A stretch of 64,000 bases of DNA from Clostridium sp. (GCF_032576335.1 NZ_JAWFXC010000013.1:1032-65031), one strand, 5' to 3'; counted from the first letter of the stretch, positions 30,478 to 40,039 are shown. Program-made: numbers and translations. Notes: generated from the letters alone by a model not told the origin.

Positions 30478-30963
30478 TTAAAGCCAAGTATGAGAGTAAA
30501 TTCCACCAGCAATTTGAAGAGCGAATGTAACCACATAAATCACTGCACACAACGGCAGCCTGCTTTTCCCTGCCACAGGAACCGAGTGATGGAGTGCAAA
30601 CACACCCGCCAAAAGCCCCAAAGCAAACCCCAGTACCCCAAACGAAAAGAGGCCGACAGCCATTAATACCGGCACCATCACCGTAGCCCAAATGGGAATT
30701 TGCGTAAGGGAGGTATACGGCTTCCCTGATTTTAAATAGATTCCATCCACCGCTACATCCACCCGGTTCCCCATAGCGATAATGTGAATATCGGTTCCAT
30801 CTACCGATACATCTTCATCGATTACCCGTACAAACATATTTTTGCTCTTTGCCGCACGCCGTTGACCATCCACATGTACGGTTGCACGAAACAGCCCAAA
30901 CCGAATACCGACCTCATGGGGTTCGCCATTTACCGTAAGCGTCCAATTCCGAAAGCCATCCAT
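30478..30963 (-). CDS. Hypothetical membrane protein
   Basis: 161-aa ORF with a beta-rich N-terminus and hydrophobic C-terminus; GGAGAATAAGGA upstream. Confidence 0.75.
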   Translation of the reverse strand: MDGFRNWTLTVNGEPHEVGIRFGLFRATVHVDGQRRAAKSKNMFVRVIDEDVSVDGTDIHIIAMGNRVDVAVDGIYLKSGKPYTSLTQIPIWATVMVPVLMAVGLFSFGVLGFALGLLAGVFALHHSVPVAGKSRLPLCAVIYVVTFALQIAGGIYSHTWL

Positions 30964-31107
30964 TCCTTATTCTCCGTTCTGTGCGGGTCTTGCTTGCCCG
31001 CTATATTTGAATCAGCTCTAATGCAATTTCTACTATACTTGTTATTATACTACCTGTGGCATTGCCTCGGCAATAGAAAGGAACGTTTCCTCTGCTTTGA
31101 AAACAAC

Positions 31108-31166
31108 AAAAAGCCCGAACATAATAAAACCCCACCAACGCCATCGGTGGGGTTTTATTTGCGGGC
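31108..31166 (-). terminator. Orphan long hairpin/terminator
   Basis: AATAAAACCCCACC/GGTGGGGTTTTATT stem extended by GCCCG/CGGGC, with a U-tract on the minus strand. Confidence 0.6.
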
Positions 31167-31311
31167 ATAACCCACTGCTACTGGAAAGCCCTTATTACGG
31201 CCAATATGGGCTGCTCCGCGTTTGCTTCCTCTTATATTTATCTTCATTCATTTAAGTTTAAAAACGAAAAACAAAACTAAGGGCAAAATATCTAGATATT
31301 CTTTATAAAAC

Positions 31312-31462
31312 AAAAAAGCAGTTAAGATTTCTCTTAACTGCTAAATCAGCATGTAGATTATACAGACCTTACCGCCCCAACCGAATGCCGGTTTGGTATG
31401 CTTTTGCAGGCGCTAATTCCAATATATCGCGCAGACCTCGTTTGTCTTGTCCTGTATAACTT
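31312..31462 (-). ncRNA. Structured ncRNA candidate, copy A
   Basis: Promoter TTGACA(31492-97)-17-TATACT(31469-74); multi-stem core 31358-31461; terminator AGCAGTTAAGA/TCTTAACTGCT plus T-tract. Confidence 0.75.
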
Positions 31463-31586
31463 GTTTATAGTATAACTCTACTTATCCTATTTGTCAATAC
31501 TCTATTTAAAATTTTACTTGTATTTAACAAATAAACAAGAACCAATTTTATTTTATTGCAAATTTTTAGTTTTATAAAATATGAAA

Positions 31587-31737
31587 CAAAAAGCAGCTAG
31601 GATTCCTCCTAGCTGCAACATTTTCATTGCATTATACAGGCCTGCCCGTTCCGGCCGAATGCCGGCTCGGTATGCTTTCGCATGGCGCTAATTCGAATAT
31701 ATCGCGCAGACTCCGTTTGTCTTGTCCTGTATAACTT
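31587..31737 (-). ncRNA. Structured ncRNA candidate, copy B
   Basis: Promoter TTGACA(31767-72)-17-TATACT(31744-49); core 31631-31736 highly similar to copy A with compensatory changes; terminator GCAGCTAGGA/TCCTAGCTGC plus T-tract. Confidence 0.75.
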
Positions 31738-31816
31738 GTTTATAGTATAACTCCGCCTATCTAATATGTCAATACTTTAGCGAGAATTTTACACAATATA
31801 AACAAAATTTTAACAA

Positions 31817-33511
31817 TTAAATTCCTAACAGCTTGGGAGCCGCTTCTTTCAGCTTCTCTGTGAGTGCGAGAGCTTCTTCACGGTTCGAACCACAAGCGGA
31901 TAGGTATACTTTAATCTTTGGTTCTGTACCAGAGGGACGCACCATCAACTTGCAGCCGTTTTCCATACGGTATTCCAGTACATTGGATTTTGGCAGGTCA
32001 ATAGGGGTCTGTGTGTCGCCATCGAAGCAAATGCGAGTTTCGTAATCGCTGTGGCCAACTACATCAAAGCCTGCAATTTGGCCGGGGGCTTCTTTTCGCA
32101 GAGCATCCATCATAGCGGCCATCTTATTCATACCATCCTGCCCTTCAAACACGAAGTTAAGCAGGTCATTGATATAATAGCCATGCTTTTGGTACAAATC
32201 ATTCATAGCATCTACCAGGGTTTTTCCCTTGCGTTTGTAATCAAGTGCCATTTCACATATCAGCAAGCTGGCGTTTACAGCGTCCTTATCACGCACATAG
32301 CTGCCAGACATATACCCATAGCTTTCTTCGTAACCAAAAATAAAGCGGTGCTCCTGTCCTTTGGCTTCCAGCTCCCCAATTTTTTCGCCAATAAACTTAA
32401 AGCCGGTAAGAACCTTGAAAAGCTCAATGCCATATTCGGCGGTAACGGCTTCGTTTAAATCGGTGCTTACAATTGTACTTATTGCCGCAGGGTGTTCCGG
32501 CATCGTACCATTTTTACGGCGCATACGGGCGACGAAATCGAGCAGAAGAACGCCCATCTCGTTGCCGTTGATGAGCACAAACTCCCCATTATGGCGAACC
32601 GCAACACCTGCGCGGTCACTGTCTGGGTCAGTTGCCAAAAGCAAATCGGGCTGCAACCGCTCACTGAGCTCCAAGCCCTTTTGCAAGGCCTCGCGGAACT
32701 CCGGATTTGGGTAAGGGCAGGTCGGGAAGTTCCCGTCCGGCTCTGCTTGTTCGGCAACAAGCGTGACATCGTTAAACCCAATTTCACTTAAAACACGTGT
32801 AACACACATGCGCCCCGCTCCATTTAGAGGCGTATACACCACTTTTAGGCCGCCGTCCACATCGTGCAGAAGGCTCTGCCCTTTTACGGCTTCAATGTAC
32901 GCATCCGTTACCCTTTGGGGGATGATCTGAATCAGGCCGTTTTGAACGCCTTCCTCATAAGAGATATGTTTTACATCACTAAAAATATCGAGATTATTAA
33001 TTTCATCCAGTACACGGTCTGCCATTTCCAGTGCGATTTGGCAGCCGTCACTGCCGTATGTTTTATAACCGTTGTATTTTGCGGGGTTATGGCTGGCTGT
33101 AATATTAATGCCTGCATCGCAGTGCAGATAACGCACTGCGAAGGACAATGCGGGCGTGGGCATCAGCTCTGGGTAGAGGTGTGCCGTAATGCCGCTAGCC
33201 GCTAAAACTCCTGCTGCTTCCCTTGCAAACAGCTCAGAATTAATACGGCTGTCATGCGCAATGGCTACCGAGCCGCCGGTCTTTTTCTTTTTTAAGTAAT
33301 TTGCCAGCCCTTGCGTTGCCTTGCGAACCGTGTAAATATTCATCCGGTTGGTACCTGCGCCGAGCACACCGCGCAAGCCAGCCGTACCAAACTCCAAGTT
33401 GCGGTAAAACCGGTCGTTAATCTCCTCCGGCTGATCAGCAATTTCTTCCAATTCTTGGGTCAGCTTCGGGTCTTCCAAAGGGGTATTGCGCCATCTCTCA
33501 TATTCTGTCAT
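31817..33511 (-). CDS. pgm: Phospho-sugar mutase (phosphoglucomutase/phosphomannomutase)
   Basis: FGTAGLRG, TASHNP, DPDSDR, EESYG and RPSGTEPK motifs. Confidence 0.93.
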   Translation of the reverse strand: MTEYERWRNTPLEDPKLTQELEEIADQPEEINDRFYRNLEFGTAGLRGVLGAGTNRMNIYTVRKATQGLANYLKKKKTGGSVAIAHDSRINSELFAREAAGVLAASGITAHLYPELMPTPALSFAVRYLHCDAGINITASHNPAKYNGYKTYGSDGCQIALEMADRVLDEINNLDIFSDVKHISYEEGVQNGLIQIIPQRVTDAYIEAVKGQSLLHDVDGGLKVVYTPLNGAGRMCVTRVLSEIGFNDVTLVAEQAEPDGNFPTCPYPNPEFREALQKGLELSERLQPDLLLATDPDSDRAGVAVRHNGEFVLINGNEMGVLLLDFVARMRRKNGTMPEHPAAISTIVSTDLNEAVTAEYGIELFKVLTGFKFIGEKIGELEAKGQEHRFIFGYEESYGYMSGSYVRDKDAVNASLLICEMALDYKRKGKTLVDAMNDLYQKHGYYINDLLNFVFEGQDGMNKMAAMMDALRKEAPGQIAGFDVVGHSDYETRICFDGDTQTPIDLPKSNVLEYRMENGCKLMVRPSGTEPKIKVYLSACGSNREEALALTEKLKEAAPKLLGI

Positions 33512-33646
33512 ATCTGGTACGTTCCTTTCCTTTCGCCCGACTTAAAGACGTTAATTTCTATACCCATAGAGTAGCATCGGCACACCGTTTTGTCAATGCG
33601 AAACAAGGTGGTACTAAACAGGACTTCCCCTCTTTTTACTCCGCTC

Positions 33647-34120
33647 TTATTTACCGTTTGCACGAATTATATTTGTTACAACTCCCTGCGGTGTTATGTC
33701 TACAATACCATAGCTCGCATCTGCCCCTCGCAGTGAGCCGGGGTTCATGATATATAAGCCATTCTCGTACTCCGTGTACGGCACATGCGTATGCCCAAAC
33801 AGCAAGATGTTTGCTTTTTGCAAACGAGCCGCGAGTTTGATTTCATCCAATGAGTATTTAACGCTATGCAAATTACCATGTGTATAAAAAATCTTGCGGT
33901 TCTCTAACTGAATTTCACCCAGTGGAGGAAGAGCAGAGCACCAATCGCAATTGCCACGAACCTGCAAGAACATTTTATCGGGGTACAAGTAGCGTTCGTC
34001 CTCTATATCATCGCAGCCATCTCCCAAATGGATGATTACTTCTGCTTTTGGCTGTGACAAAATCACCCGATGCAAGGTGTGCTGATCCCCGTGTGTATCT
34101 GACATAACTAAGATTCTCAT
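33647..34120 (-). CDS. YfcE/YsnB-type metallophosphoesterase
   Basis: SDTHG, HLGD, GNCD, THG, GHTH and NPGS motifs. Confidence 0.92.
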   Translation of the reverse strand: MRILVMSDTHGDQHTLHRVILSQPKAEVIIHLGDGCDDIEDERYLYPDKMFLQVRGNCDWCSALPPLGEIQLENRKIFYTHGNLHSVKYSLDEIKLAARLQKANILLFGHTHVPYTEYENGLYIMNPGSLRGADASYGIVDITPQGVVTNIIRANGK

Positions 34121-34266
34121 GGTAACTCCCTTCATTTTGTTCCTTTGATTGATGTGTTCTGCTTTGTCCACGCTCGACAGATTGTAACTTCTTTGCTTTG
34201 AGAGAATAAAATAATATTACTTGCAGAAAAAACAGAGATTTTAACGTGTCCACACAGTTTTCGTTT

Positions 34267-34295
34267 TCATATCCCGAACCAATGATTCATATGAT
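34267..34295 (+). promoter_or_regulatory. Putative sigma-E (mother cell) promoter
   Basis: TCATATC-14 bp-CATATGAT versus sigE consensus TCATATT-N14/15-CATACGAT. Confidence 0.65.
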
Positions 34296-34314
34296 AGGAA
34301 AAGGGGTGATAACA

Positions 34315-34560
34315 ATGCAATCGAATCAATCCAACGATAAGCAGGTCCTGCTAAACATGCTGGCACAGCACCTTGGCAAGAGCCCGGAGGAAATACAACA
34401 GCAAGCCGCCAGCGGCAATTTAGCCGGTTTAATGCAGAATATGAACCCAAACGACGCAGCCGCTCTACAAAAAGTGCTAAATGATCAGCAAGCGATTCAA
34501 AAGCTAATTAGCTCACCACAGGCACAAGATTTAATGCGCCGATTAAACGGTAAGAAATAA
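34315..34560 (+). CDS. Small Q/N-rich hypothetical protein
   Basis: AAGGGGTG RBS; helical LQKVLND...LISSPQAQDLMR repeat. Confidence 0.8.
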   Translation: MQSNQSNDKQVLLNMLAQHLGKSPEEIQQQAASGNLAGLMQNMNPNDAAALQKVLNDQQAIQKLISSPQAQDLMRRLNGKK

Positions 34561-34577
34561 GTAAAGGGTGTGAGGGA

Positions 34578-35183
34578 ATGGATGATCTCACCAGCAAAAT
34601 CAACGAGGTGCTCAGCGACCCACAGGCCATGCAGCAACTGAACAGTTTGGCCGCCTCGCTGGGGCTGGGGAATTCCATGCCTAATACCCCCACGCCTCCG
34701 GGGCAAAATGCACCTGCCAATAACAACCCCCTGCAAGGGCTGGACCTAAGTAGTTTAGCCGGTCTTTTGGGAAACGCCGGTGCCACCCCCCCGGGCGGCG
34801 GGAACATACCGCAGTCCCCCGGTGCAGCCGGCGGGCTAGATACCGCAAAAATCGCCACTCTACTCTCAAGCCTTGGAGGGGCAAATGGGTTGGGCGCACT
34901 ATCGGGGCTATTAGGCGGGAATAACGGCGGCGGGCTGGGCGCTCTTTCCGGCCTATTAGGCGGCGGCGGTGGCGGTGGCGGATTGGATGGAGATATACTG
35001 CAAACCGTAACAAAGATTCTGCCGTTGCTCTCCGCATTCCGCCAAGAAGATAACAACACTCGCTTATTGCACGCCCTACGGCCTTTACTTGGGGCAGAAC
35101 GGCAGAAAAAAGCGGATGAAGCAATTAAAATCCTTTCCATGCTGCGCCTATTGCCAATTCTGCGTGGGCAAGGAATCTTATAA
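34578..35183 (+). CDS. Gly/Pro-rich hypothetical protein (possibly spore-associated)
   Basis: GAGGGA RBS; repeated GLGALSGLLGG; C-terminal RLLHALRPLL...KADEAIKIL. Confidence 0.8.
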   Translation: MDDLTSKINEVLSDPQAMQQLNSLAASLGLGNSMPNTPTPPGQNAPANNNPLQGLDLSSLAGLLGNAGATPPGGGNIPQSPGAAGGLDTAKIATLLSSLGGANGLGALSGLLGGNNGGGLGALSGLLGGGGGGGGLDGDILQTVTKILPLLSAFRQEDNNTRLLHALRPLLGAERQKKADEAIKILSMLRLLPILRGQGIL

Positions 35184-35201
35184 CGGAAGGGGGATTATAA
35201 A

Positions 35202-35576
35202 GTGGCAAGCAACGAAACAAACGACATGCAGCGAATGCAGCAAGATGCCATTCGCAGGGTACGTGAGATGCAAAGTCGGGCAAACCAAAGCCTAAACCGT
35301 TCCCAGTCGACCGCTCCACAGGAGCGCCCTGCACACGAAGCCAGCCAGCACTCGCAGCAAAACCATTCACAGCCATCCTCTTCCCATTCGGCTCCGGCTC
35401 CCCCTTCGTTACTGCCGGATCTATCATCACTTCCGCAGGCAAGTTCTCTTAACAGCCTATTCGACAGCCTGCTGCAAGACGGCGAGCGTACGCTTATACT
35501 GGTTCTTATCCTAATTCTTGTTTCTGAAAAGGCAGACACCGGTCTCATTTTTGCTTTAATGTACTTAATTATTTGA
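35202..35576 (+). CDS. Hypothetical protein with hydrophobic C-terminus
   Basis: GTG after AAGGGGG; QQDAIRRVREMQSRA N-terminus; LILVLILIL..EKAD..LIFALMYLI end. Confidence 0.8.
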   Translation: MASNETNDMQRMQQDAIRRVREMQSRANQSLNRSQSTAPQERPAHEASQHSQQNHSQPSSSHSAPAPPSLLPDLSSLPQASSLNSLFDSLLQDGERTLILVLILILVSEKADTGLIFALMYLII

Positions 35577-35638
35577 TTAACACAAAACATACTCCGTATA
35601 TGGAAACTACATGGCAGCAAAATACATTTCTTTGTAGA

Positions 35639-35665
35639 TGAGCCCGGGCCATATGGCCCGGGCTC
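35639..35665. terminator. Bidirectional terminator
   Basis: TGAGCCCGGGCCATATGGCCCGGGCTCA palindrome between convergent genes. Confidence 0.75.
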
Positions 35666-35671
35666 ACTATT

Positions 35672-36796
35672 TTAAGACGCTTTTTCAGCACGGACAGCCG
35701 CCACGTATTCGCTTTTGCCATCCGCTGTTTTCTTTAAGATATACTGCATATACTTTACCGGCTCGGGGGAAGCACTCGAGCTTTCGGTAGCATCCTGCCA
35801 ATCGCCAACCACATAACCAACACGAAGTGTAACCGTATCTCCCGATTTTTTACTGCTTATTGTATAGGGAGCAAAGCTGCTTTGCGAGCTGTACGGTGCC
35901 ACACGGAATACGTTCTGCTGCGAATCGTACTCAAAGAAGGTTTCTTCTTTCGGATTTGACGGTTGCAGGTTGCAATTGGGACCAAACAGAGCATGGCAGG
36001 CATCAACCACATCGCCCAGAGGAACAAGCGTACGACCTTGGTCGTCGTAGCTGTTGTACTGCGCCCCGTTTTGTGTAACGGCACGCCAGAGTGACGCCTT
36101 CATTACCATTTCCGCATTTGCTTCTTCCTCATTCTCAAACGGTTCGGGATCCTGCATTACGATGGGTGATAGAAAAGTGTCGTAAGCTCGAAGCTGTGTG
36201 TCATCGGTCGCCGCACGGTAAATTTGGCGTCCAACGCCCCACACAAGAACGGAGAGGCCAACAAAGGCAAGCACCATCACCAAAGCACCAACCCCAATCC
36301 CATAGCGGTATTTACCACGCCTGCGCAAGGATGGTGTTTGCTCCGCTACTATAACCGCAGTTTCATCTGTATTTTCAGCCTCTGCCTGCTCTTGTTCCTC
36401 CGGAGTAAGCGTAGCTTTTTTAATTAGCAGAATATCGTCGTGCTCTGCGGACTCACCTTCCGGCAAAAAGTCATCTAGCTCCGGCTCTGGCTCGGGGTCC
36501 GGCGCTTGTGCCGCCTGCGCAAAATCGGCCGCAACTTTTTGAGCCTTCAGGCGAGCCTGTTCAGCGGCTTCCAGTGCAGCGCGCACCTTTTTTTCTTCCG
36601 GACTGCGTTTGGAGGACTTCTTCTTTTTATCTGACTTTTTTTGGTAAGCGGATCGATAATCGGTCGAAACCTGGTTTTCTTCGCTTTTTTTACTCTCAGC
36701 AAAGCGGTCAAAATCGATTTCTTCCACTAGTTCTTCGGGAAGCTCACCGTGTTCCGCGGCATTTTCCTGATTCTTTTCATTTTGCTCTGCGTTCAT
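35672..36796 (-). CDS. Hypothetical single-pass membrane protein with acidic N-terminus
   Basis: 374-aa ORF, AAGGAGAGG RBS, one TM near aa 165-190. Confidence 0.8.
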   Translation of the reverse strand: MNAEQNEKNQENAAEHGELPEELVEEIDFDRFAESKKSEENQVSTDYRSAYQKKSDKKKKSSKRSPEEKKVRAALEAAEQARLKAQKVAADFAQAAQAPDPEPEPELDDFLPEGESAEHDDILLIKKATLTPEEQEQAEAENTDETAVIVAEQTPSLRRRGKYRYGIGVGALVMVLAFVGLSVLVWGVGRQIYRAATDDTQLRAYDTFLSPIVMQDPEPFENEEEANAEMVMKASLWRAVTQNGAQYNSYDDQGRTLVPLGDVVDACHALFGPNCNLQPSNPKEETFFEYDSQQNVFRVAPYSSQSSFAPYTISSKKSGDTVTLRVGYVVGDWQDATESSSASPEPVKYMQYILKKTADGKSEYVAAVRAEKAS

Positions 36797-36808
36797 GGCC
36801 TCTCCTTT

Positions 36809-38062
36809 TTATACTCTAATCTGCCCGTCACCGGTTATGATAAACTTCTGAGACGTCAGCTCGTTTACACCCATGGGTCCTCTGGCATGCAGTTTCTGTG
36901 TAGAAATACCGATTTCGGCTCCAAGGCCAAACTGCCCGCCATCCGTAAACCGGGTAGACACATTCACATACACGGCAGCAGCATCCACACGGGAAGTAAA
37001 CGCGCGGGCGTTGCCGTAGTCTTTTGTAACGATTGCTTCACTGTGACCGGAGGAATACTTGGAGATATGCTCGATTGCTTCATCGAGTGAATCTACCACG
37101 CGAACCGCCAGAATATAGTCTGAAAACTCAGTTGCCCAATCATCATCTACTGCAGGAATCACAGTTTCGCATGCACCCAAGCTTTGTAACGCGCGTTCGT
37201 CGGCACGAAGTTGAACGTTTTTCTCATCCAGCATCTTTTTTGCCACAGGCAAAAACTGCTCTGCTACTGCTTTGTGAACCAGCAGTGTTTCTGCTGCATT
37301 ACAAACGGAGGGACGGGAGGTCTTGGAATTAAAAATAATATTTGCCGCCATCTCCAAATCAGCAGATTCATCTACATATACATGGCAGTTACCCACACCT
37401 GTTTCAATGACAGGCACACGGGAGTTTTCTTTTACGGAACGGATTAACCCAGCACCGCCGCGGGGAACGAGTACATCAAGATACTCGGTAAGAGCCATTA
37501 GCTCCACTGCGCTTTGGCGGGTAGTGTCTTCAATGAGCTGTACACTGTCACGGGGTAGACCAGCGTTCTCCACAGCATCACGCATCACCTCTGTAATAGC
37601 GGTATTGGAGTGAATGGCTTCTTTTCCTCCGCGCAAAATAATCGCATTGCCAGCTTTCAGGCACAGCACTGCCGCATCTGCCGTCACATTGGGGCGAGCC
37701 TCATAAATCATGCCGATTACACCAAGGGGAACGGCGACCTTTTCAATCTTCATTCCATTGGGGCGTACTTCACCTGAAAGAATACGGCCGATGGGGTCTG
37801 TTTGTGCCGCCACCTGCCGAGCACCCTCCGCCATATCTTTGATTCGTGCTTCATTTAAAGTGAGGCGATCGAGCATGGATTCACTCATACCACCAGCTCG
37901 TGCCTGTTCTAAGTCTAATTTATTTGCTGTAATTATTTTGTCCACATTTGCAACCAAATCATCCGCAATGCTCAAAAGAGCCGCATCTTTTTTTACACCG
38001 GCTGTTGCCAGCACGCGGGATGCCACTTTGGCTTTTTGGCCCATCTCTTGCAGCTTTGTCAT
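36809..38062 (-). CDS. proA: Glutamate-5-semialdehyde dehydrogenase
   Basis: YEARPNVT, SVCNAAETL and GAEIGISTQKLHARGPMG motifs. Confidence 0.97.
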   Translation of the reverse strand: MTKLQEMGQKAKVASRVLATAGVKKDAALLSIADDLVANVDKIITANKLDLEQARAGGMSESMLDRLTLNEARIKDMAEGARQVAAQTDPIGRILSGEVRPNGMKIEKVAVPLGVIGMIYEARPNVTADAAVLCLKAGNAIILRGGKEAIHSNTAITEVMRDAVENAGLPRDSVQLIEDTTRQSAVELMALTEYLDVLVPRGGAGLIRSVKENSRVPVIETGVGNCHVYVDESADLEMAANIIFNSKTSRPSVCNAAETLLVHKAVAEQFLPVAKKMLDEKNVQLRADERALQSLGACETVIPAVDDDWATEFSDYILAVRVVDSLDEAIEHISKYSSGHSEAIVTKDYGNARAFTSRVDAAAVYVNVSTRFTDGGQFGLGAEIGISTQKLHARGPMGVNELTSQKFIITGDGQIRV

Positions 38063-38163
38063 AATGCTTTCCCCTTTCAATATGAGAAACCACTCCATTC
38101 TGTTGGAGAGATTCATAGATAAATGTTTTCCGACTCTCTATTCTTTGCCAATCGCAAAGATGG

Positions 38164-38268
38164 AAAAAACGCGCGTCCGCCGGCAGGCCCCTTTGGGGGC
38201 TTGCCTTTGCCCGGCTTTTAAAAAGCCGGACAAACCAATGCCGAACAGGCATGGGGCGTGCGCGCGCG
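38164..38268 (-). other. Four-way-junction palindromic element between proB and proA
   Basis: Outer stem CGCGCG..CGCC/GGCG..CGCGCG encloses three hairpins; U6 tract follows on the minus strand. Confidence 0.55.
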
Positions 38269-38276
38269 ATGTGTTT

Positions 38277-39071
38277 TTATTCCGCTTCGAATATCGTCCC
38301 CAAATCTTCCCCTGCCAACAGGCGGTATAAGTCCCTTGGAGCAGCGCCGTCAATGATGCCGCATGGGATCCCTGCTGCGGTTGAAACCATTGCCGCAGAG
38401 ATTTTGGTACGCATTCCCCCGGTTCCTCTTGCAGAGCCTTCCCCACCGCCAAGCACTTTAATCTCATCGGTTATCTTTTTTACACGTGGAACTCTCTTTG
38501 CATTGGGATCCTTTTTGGGGTCGGCCTCGTATAGGCCATCAATATCGGTCAGCAGTACCAGCAGGTCTGCATCCGCCAAAACTGCCACCGTAGCAGAAAG
38601 CGTGTCGTTATCACCAATATGTGCGCCCATCAGTTCATCGATTGACACGGTATCGTTTTCATTTACTACCGGAATAATACCCATGTCGAGCAGAGCGCGG
38701 AACGTGTTTTGCACATTTCTCTTGCTAATCTGCTCGGTCATTACATCGCTTGACAGCAAAACCTGCGCCACCGTGTGATTAAACTCCCCAAAGAATTTAT
38801 CGTAAAGGAACATCAGCTCACACTGGCCAACAGCCGCAACTGCCTGTTTTTTCTCAATCTCACGCGGTCGTTCCTTTAACCCCAGCTTGCTCATGCCGAC
38901 CGCTACCGCACCGGAGGTAACCAGAATCATTTCTTTACCAGAATTCTGAAGGTCGCTCAAAACCTTACAGAGTTCTTCCATCGTGCGGAAATTCGCCTTG
39001 CCATTATCGTATGTTAAGGTAGAAGTACCAACCTTCACCACGATACGCTTGGCTTGTGTGATTTCAGACAT
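38277..39071 (-). CDS. proB: Glutamate 5-kinase (no PUA domain)
   Basis: VVKVGTSTLT, VTSGAV, NENDTV, GDNDTLSA and GTGGMRTK motifs. Confidence 0.97.
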   Translation of the reverse strand: MSEITQAKRIVVKVGTSTLTYDNGKANFRTMEELCKVLSDLQNSGKEMILVTSGAVAVGMSKLGLKERPREIEKKQAVAAVGQCELMFLYDKFFGEFNHTVAQVLLSSDVMTEQISKRNVQNTFRALLDMGIIPVVNENDTVSIDELMGAHIGDNDTLSATVAVLADADLLVLLTDIDGLYEADPKKDPNAKRVPRVKKITDEIKVLGGGEGSARGTGGMRTKISAAMVSTAAGIPCGIIDGAAPRDLYRLLAGEDLGTIFEAE

Positions 39072-39142
39072 TCCTTTCACTCCTTTTCCTGCTACTATCC
39101 ATATGCAAAACAGGGTAAACCTGCTCAACAAACATAAAAGCG

Positions 39143-39754
39143 CTAAATTTTAGAGGATTCCCCAATGCCTGCAGTAGTCTCTTCCTGCCCCCTGCGGTAA
39201 CGTGTTTTGCCACAATACACACAAGCGCACAGTGCGGCAAATACCAACACAAGAGGCTCACTTGCAGCGGATAAACCCAAAACAACACCAGTCAAAACAT
39301 CTGACGGGTAGTGCACAAACAAATAAAGACGGGAAAATGCGATTAAAAAAGCAAACACAAAAGCAGCAATACCCATCGCATGGTTCGCATAGAAGATAAT
39401 TAAAGCCGCCCCAAAGGAAGACATGGTGTGGCCGGACGGAAACGAGTAATCCGTTGGGCAGCTCAAAAGCAATTTTACATCCGTATATGTATGGCACGGC
39501 CTTGGCCTAGCCACCAGAGGTTTTAAAACAAAGTTTGTTAAAACACCGCAGGCGGCTAGTACAAAAAACATAACAACACCTGCTTCGCGGTAACGCGGCA
39601 TCATAAAAAACAACACCATCACTGTGGCCCAAACTGCACCGACATTGCCGACTAAAGAAATATACGGCATAATCGCATCAAATAGGCTGCACCGCATTCT
39701 TCTTTGAATCAAACGCAGCAGCTTTATATCGATTGCCTGTATTCGTTCAAACAT
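39143..39754 (-). CDS. PAP2-family phosphatase
   Basis: K..VARPRP, SFPSGH and SRLYLFVHYPSD motifs. Confidence 0.9.
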   Translation of the reverse strand: MFERIQAIDIKLLRLIQRRMRCSLFDAIMPYISLVGNVGAVWATVMVLFFMMPRYREAGVVMFFVLAACGVLTNFVLKPLVARPRPCHTYTDVKLLLSCPTDYSFPSGHTMSSFGAALIIFYANHAMGIAAFVFAFLIAFSRLYLFVHYPSDVLTGVVLGLSAASEPLVLVFAALCACVYCGKTRYRRGQEETTAGIGESSKI

Positions 39755-39976
39755 CAAATAGTTCCTTTCTGATCCCCGCCAAATTAGCTGCCAAATACAG
39801 CCCGGGGATTTCATCTCACTTAATATACCTTCCATTCCCTAACTTAACATAATTCGTCCATCGCGATGGTCTTATGTAGTATTATACCTTATCTCAAAAT
39901 ATCTCACAAGGGATAAAGCCGTGAAAAAAGTGAAAACTTTTTGGGAATTCCCCGTGTAAAAAGCACAGTAAATAGC

Positions 39977-40012
39977 AAAAAAACGGCTCTGATTGCTTCA
40001 GAGCCGTTTTTT
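39977..40012. terminator. Intrinsic terminator
   Basis: AAAAAAACGGCTCTGA-ttgct-TCAGAGCCGTTTTTT. Confidence 0.8.
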
Positions 40013-40039
40013 GAAATAACACTATATTTACTGCGTTGA

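Noticed and set aside
31312..31772. Considered CRISPR array, tRNA pair or type I toxin-antitoxin
   Set aside because: Only two long units with no repeat-spacer periodicity and no cas genes. There is no tRNA anticodon arm or CCA geometry, and no antisense hydrophobic ORF with an RBS.
39143..39290. Odd-looking C-terminal tail of the PAP2 protein (possible frameshift)
   Set aside because: All catalytic motifs are intact upstream; a lesion cannot be supported without orthologue alignment.
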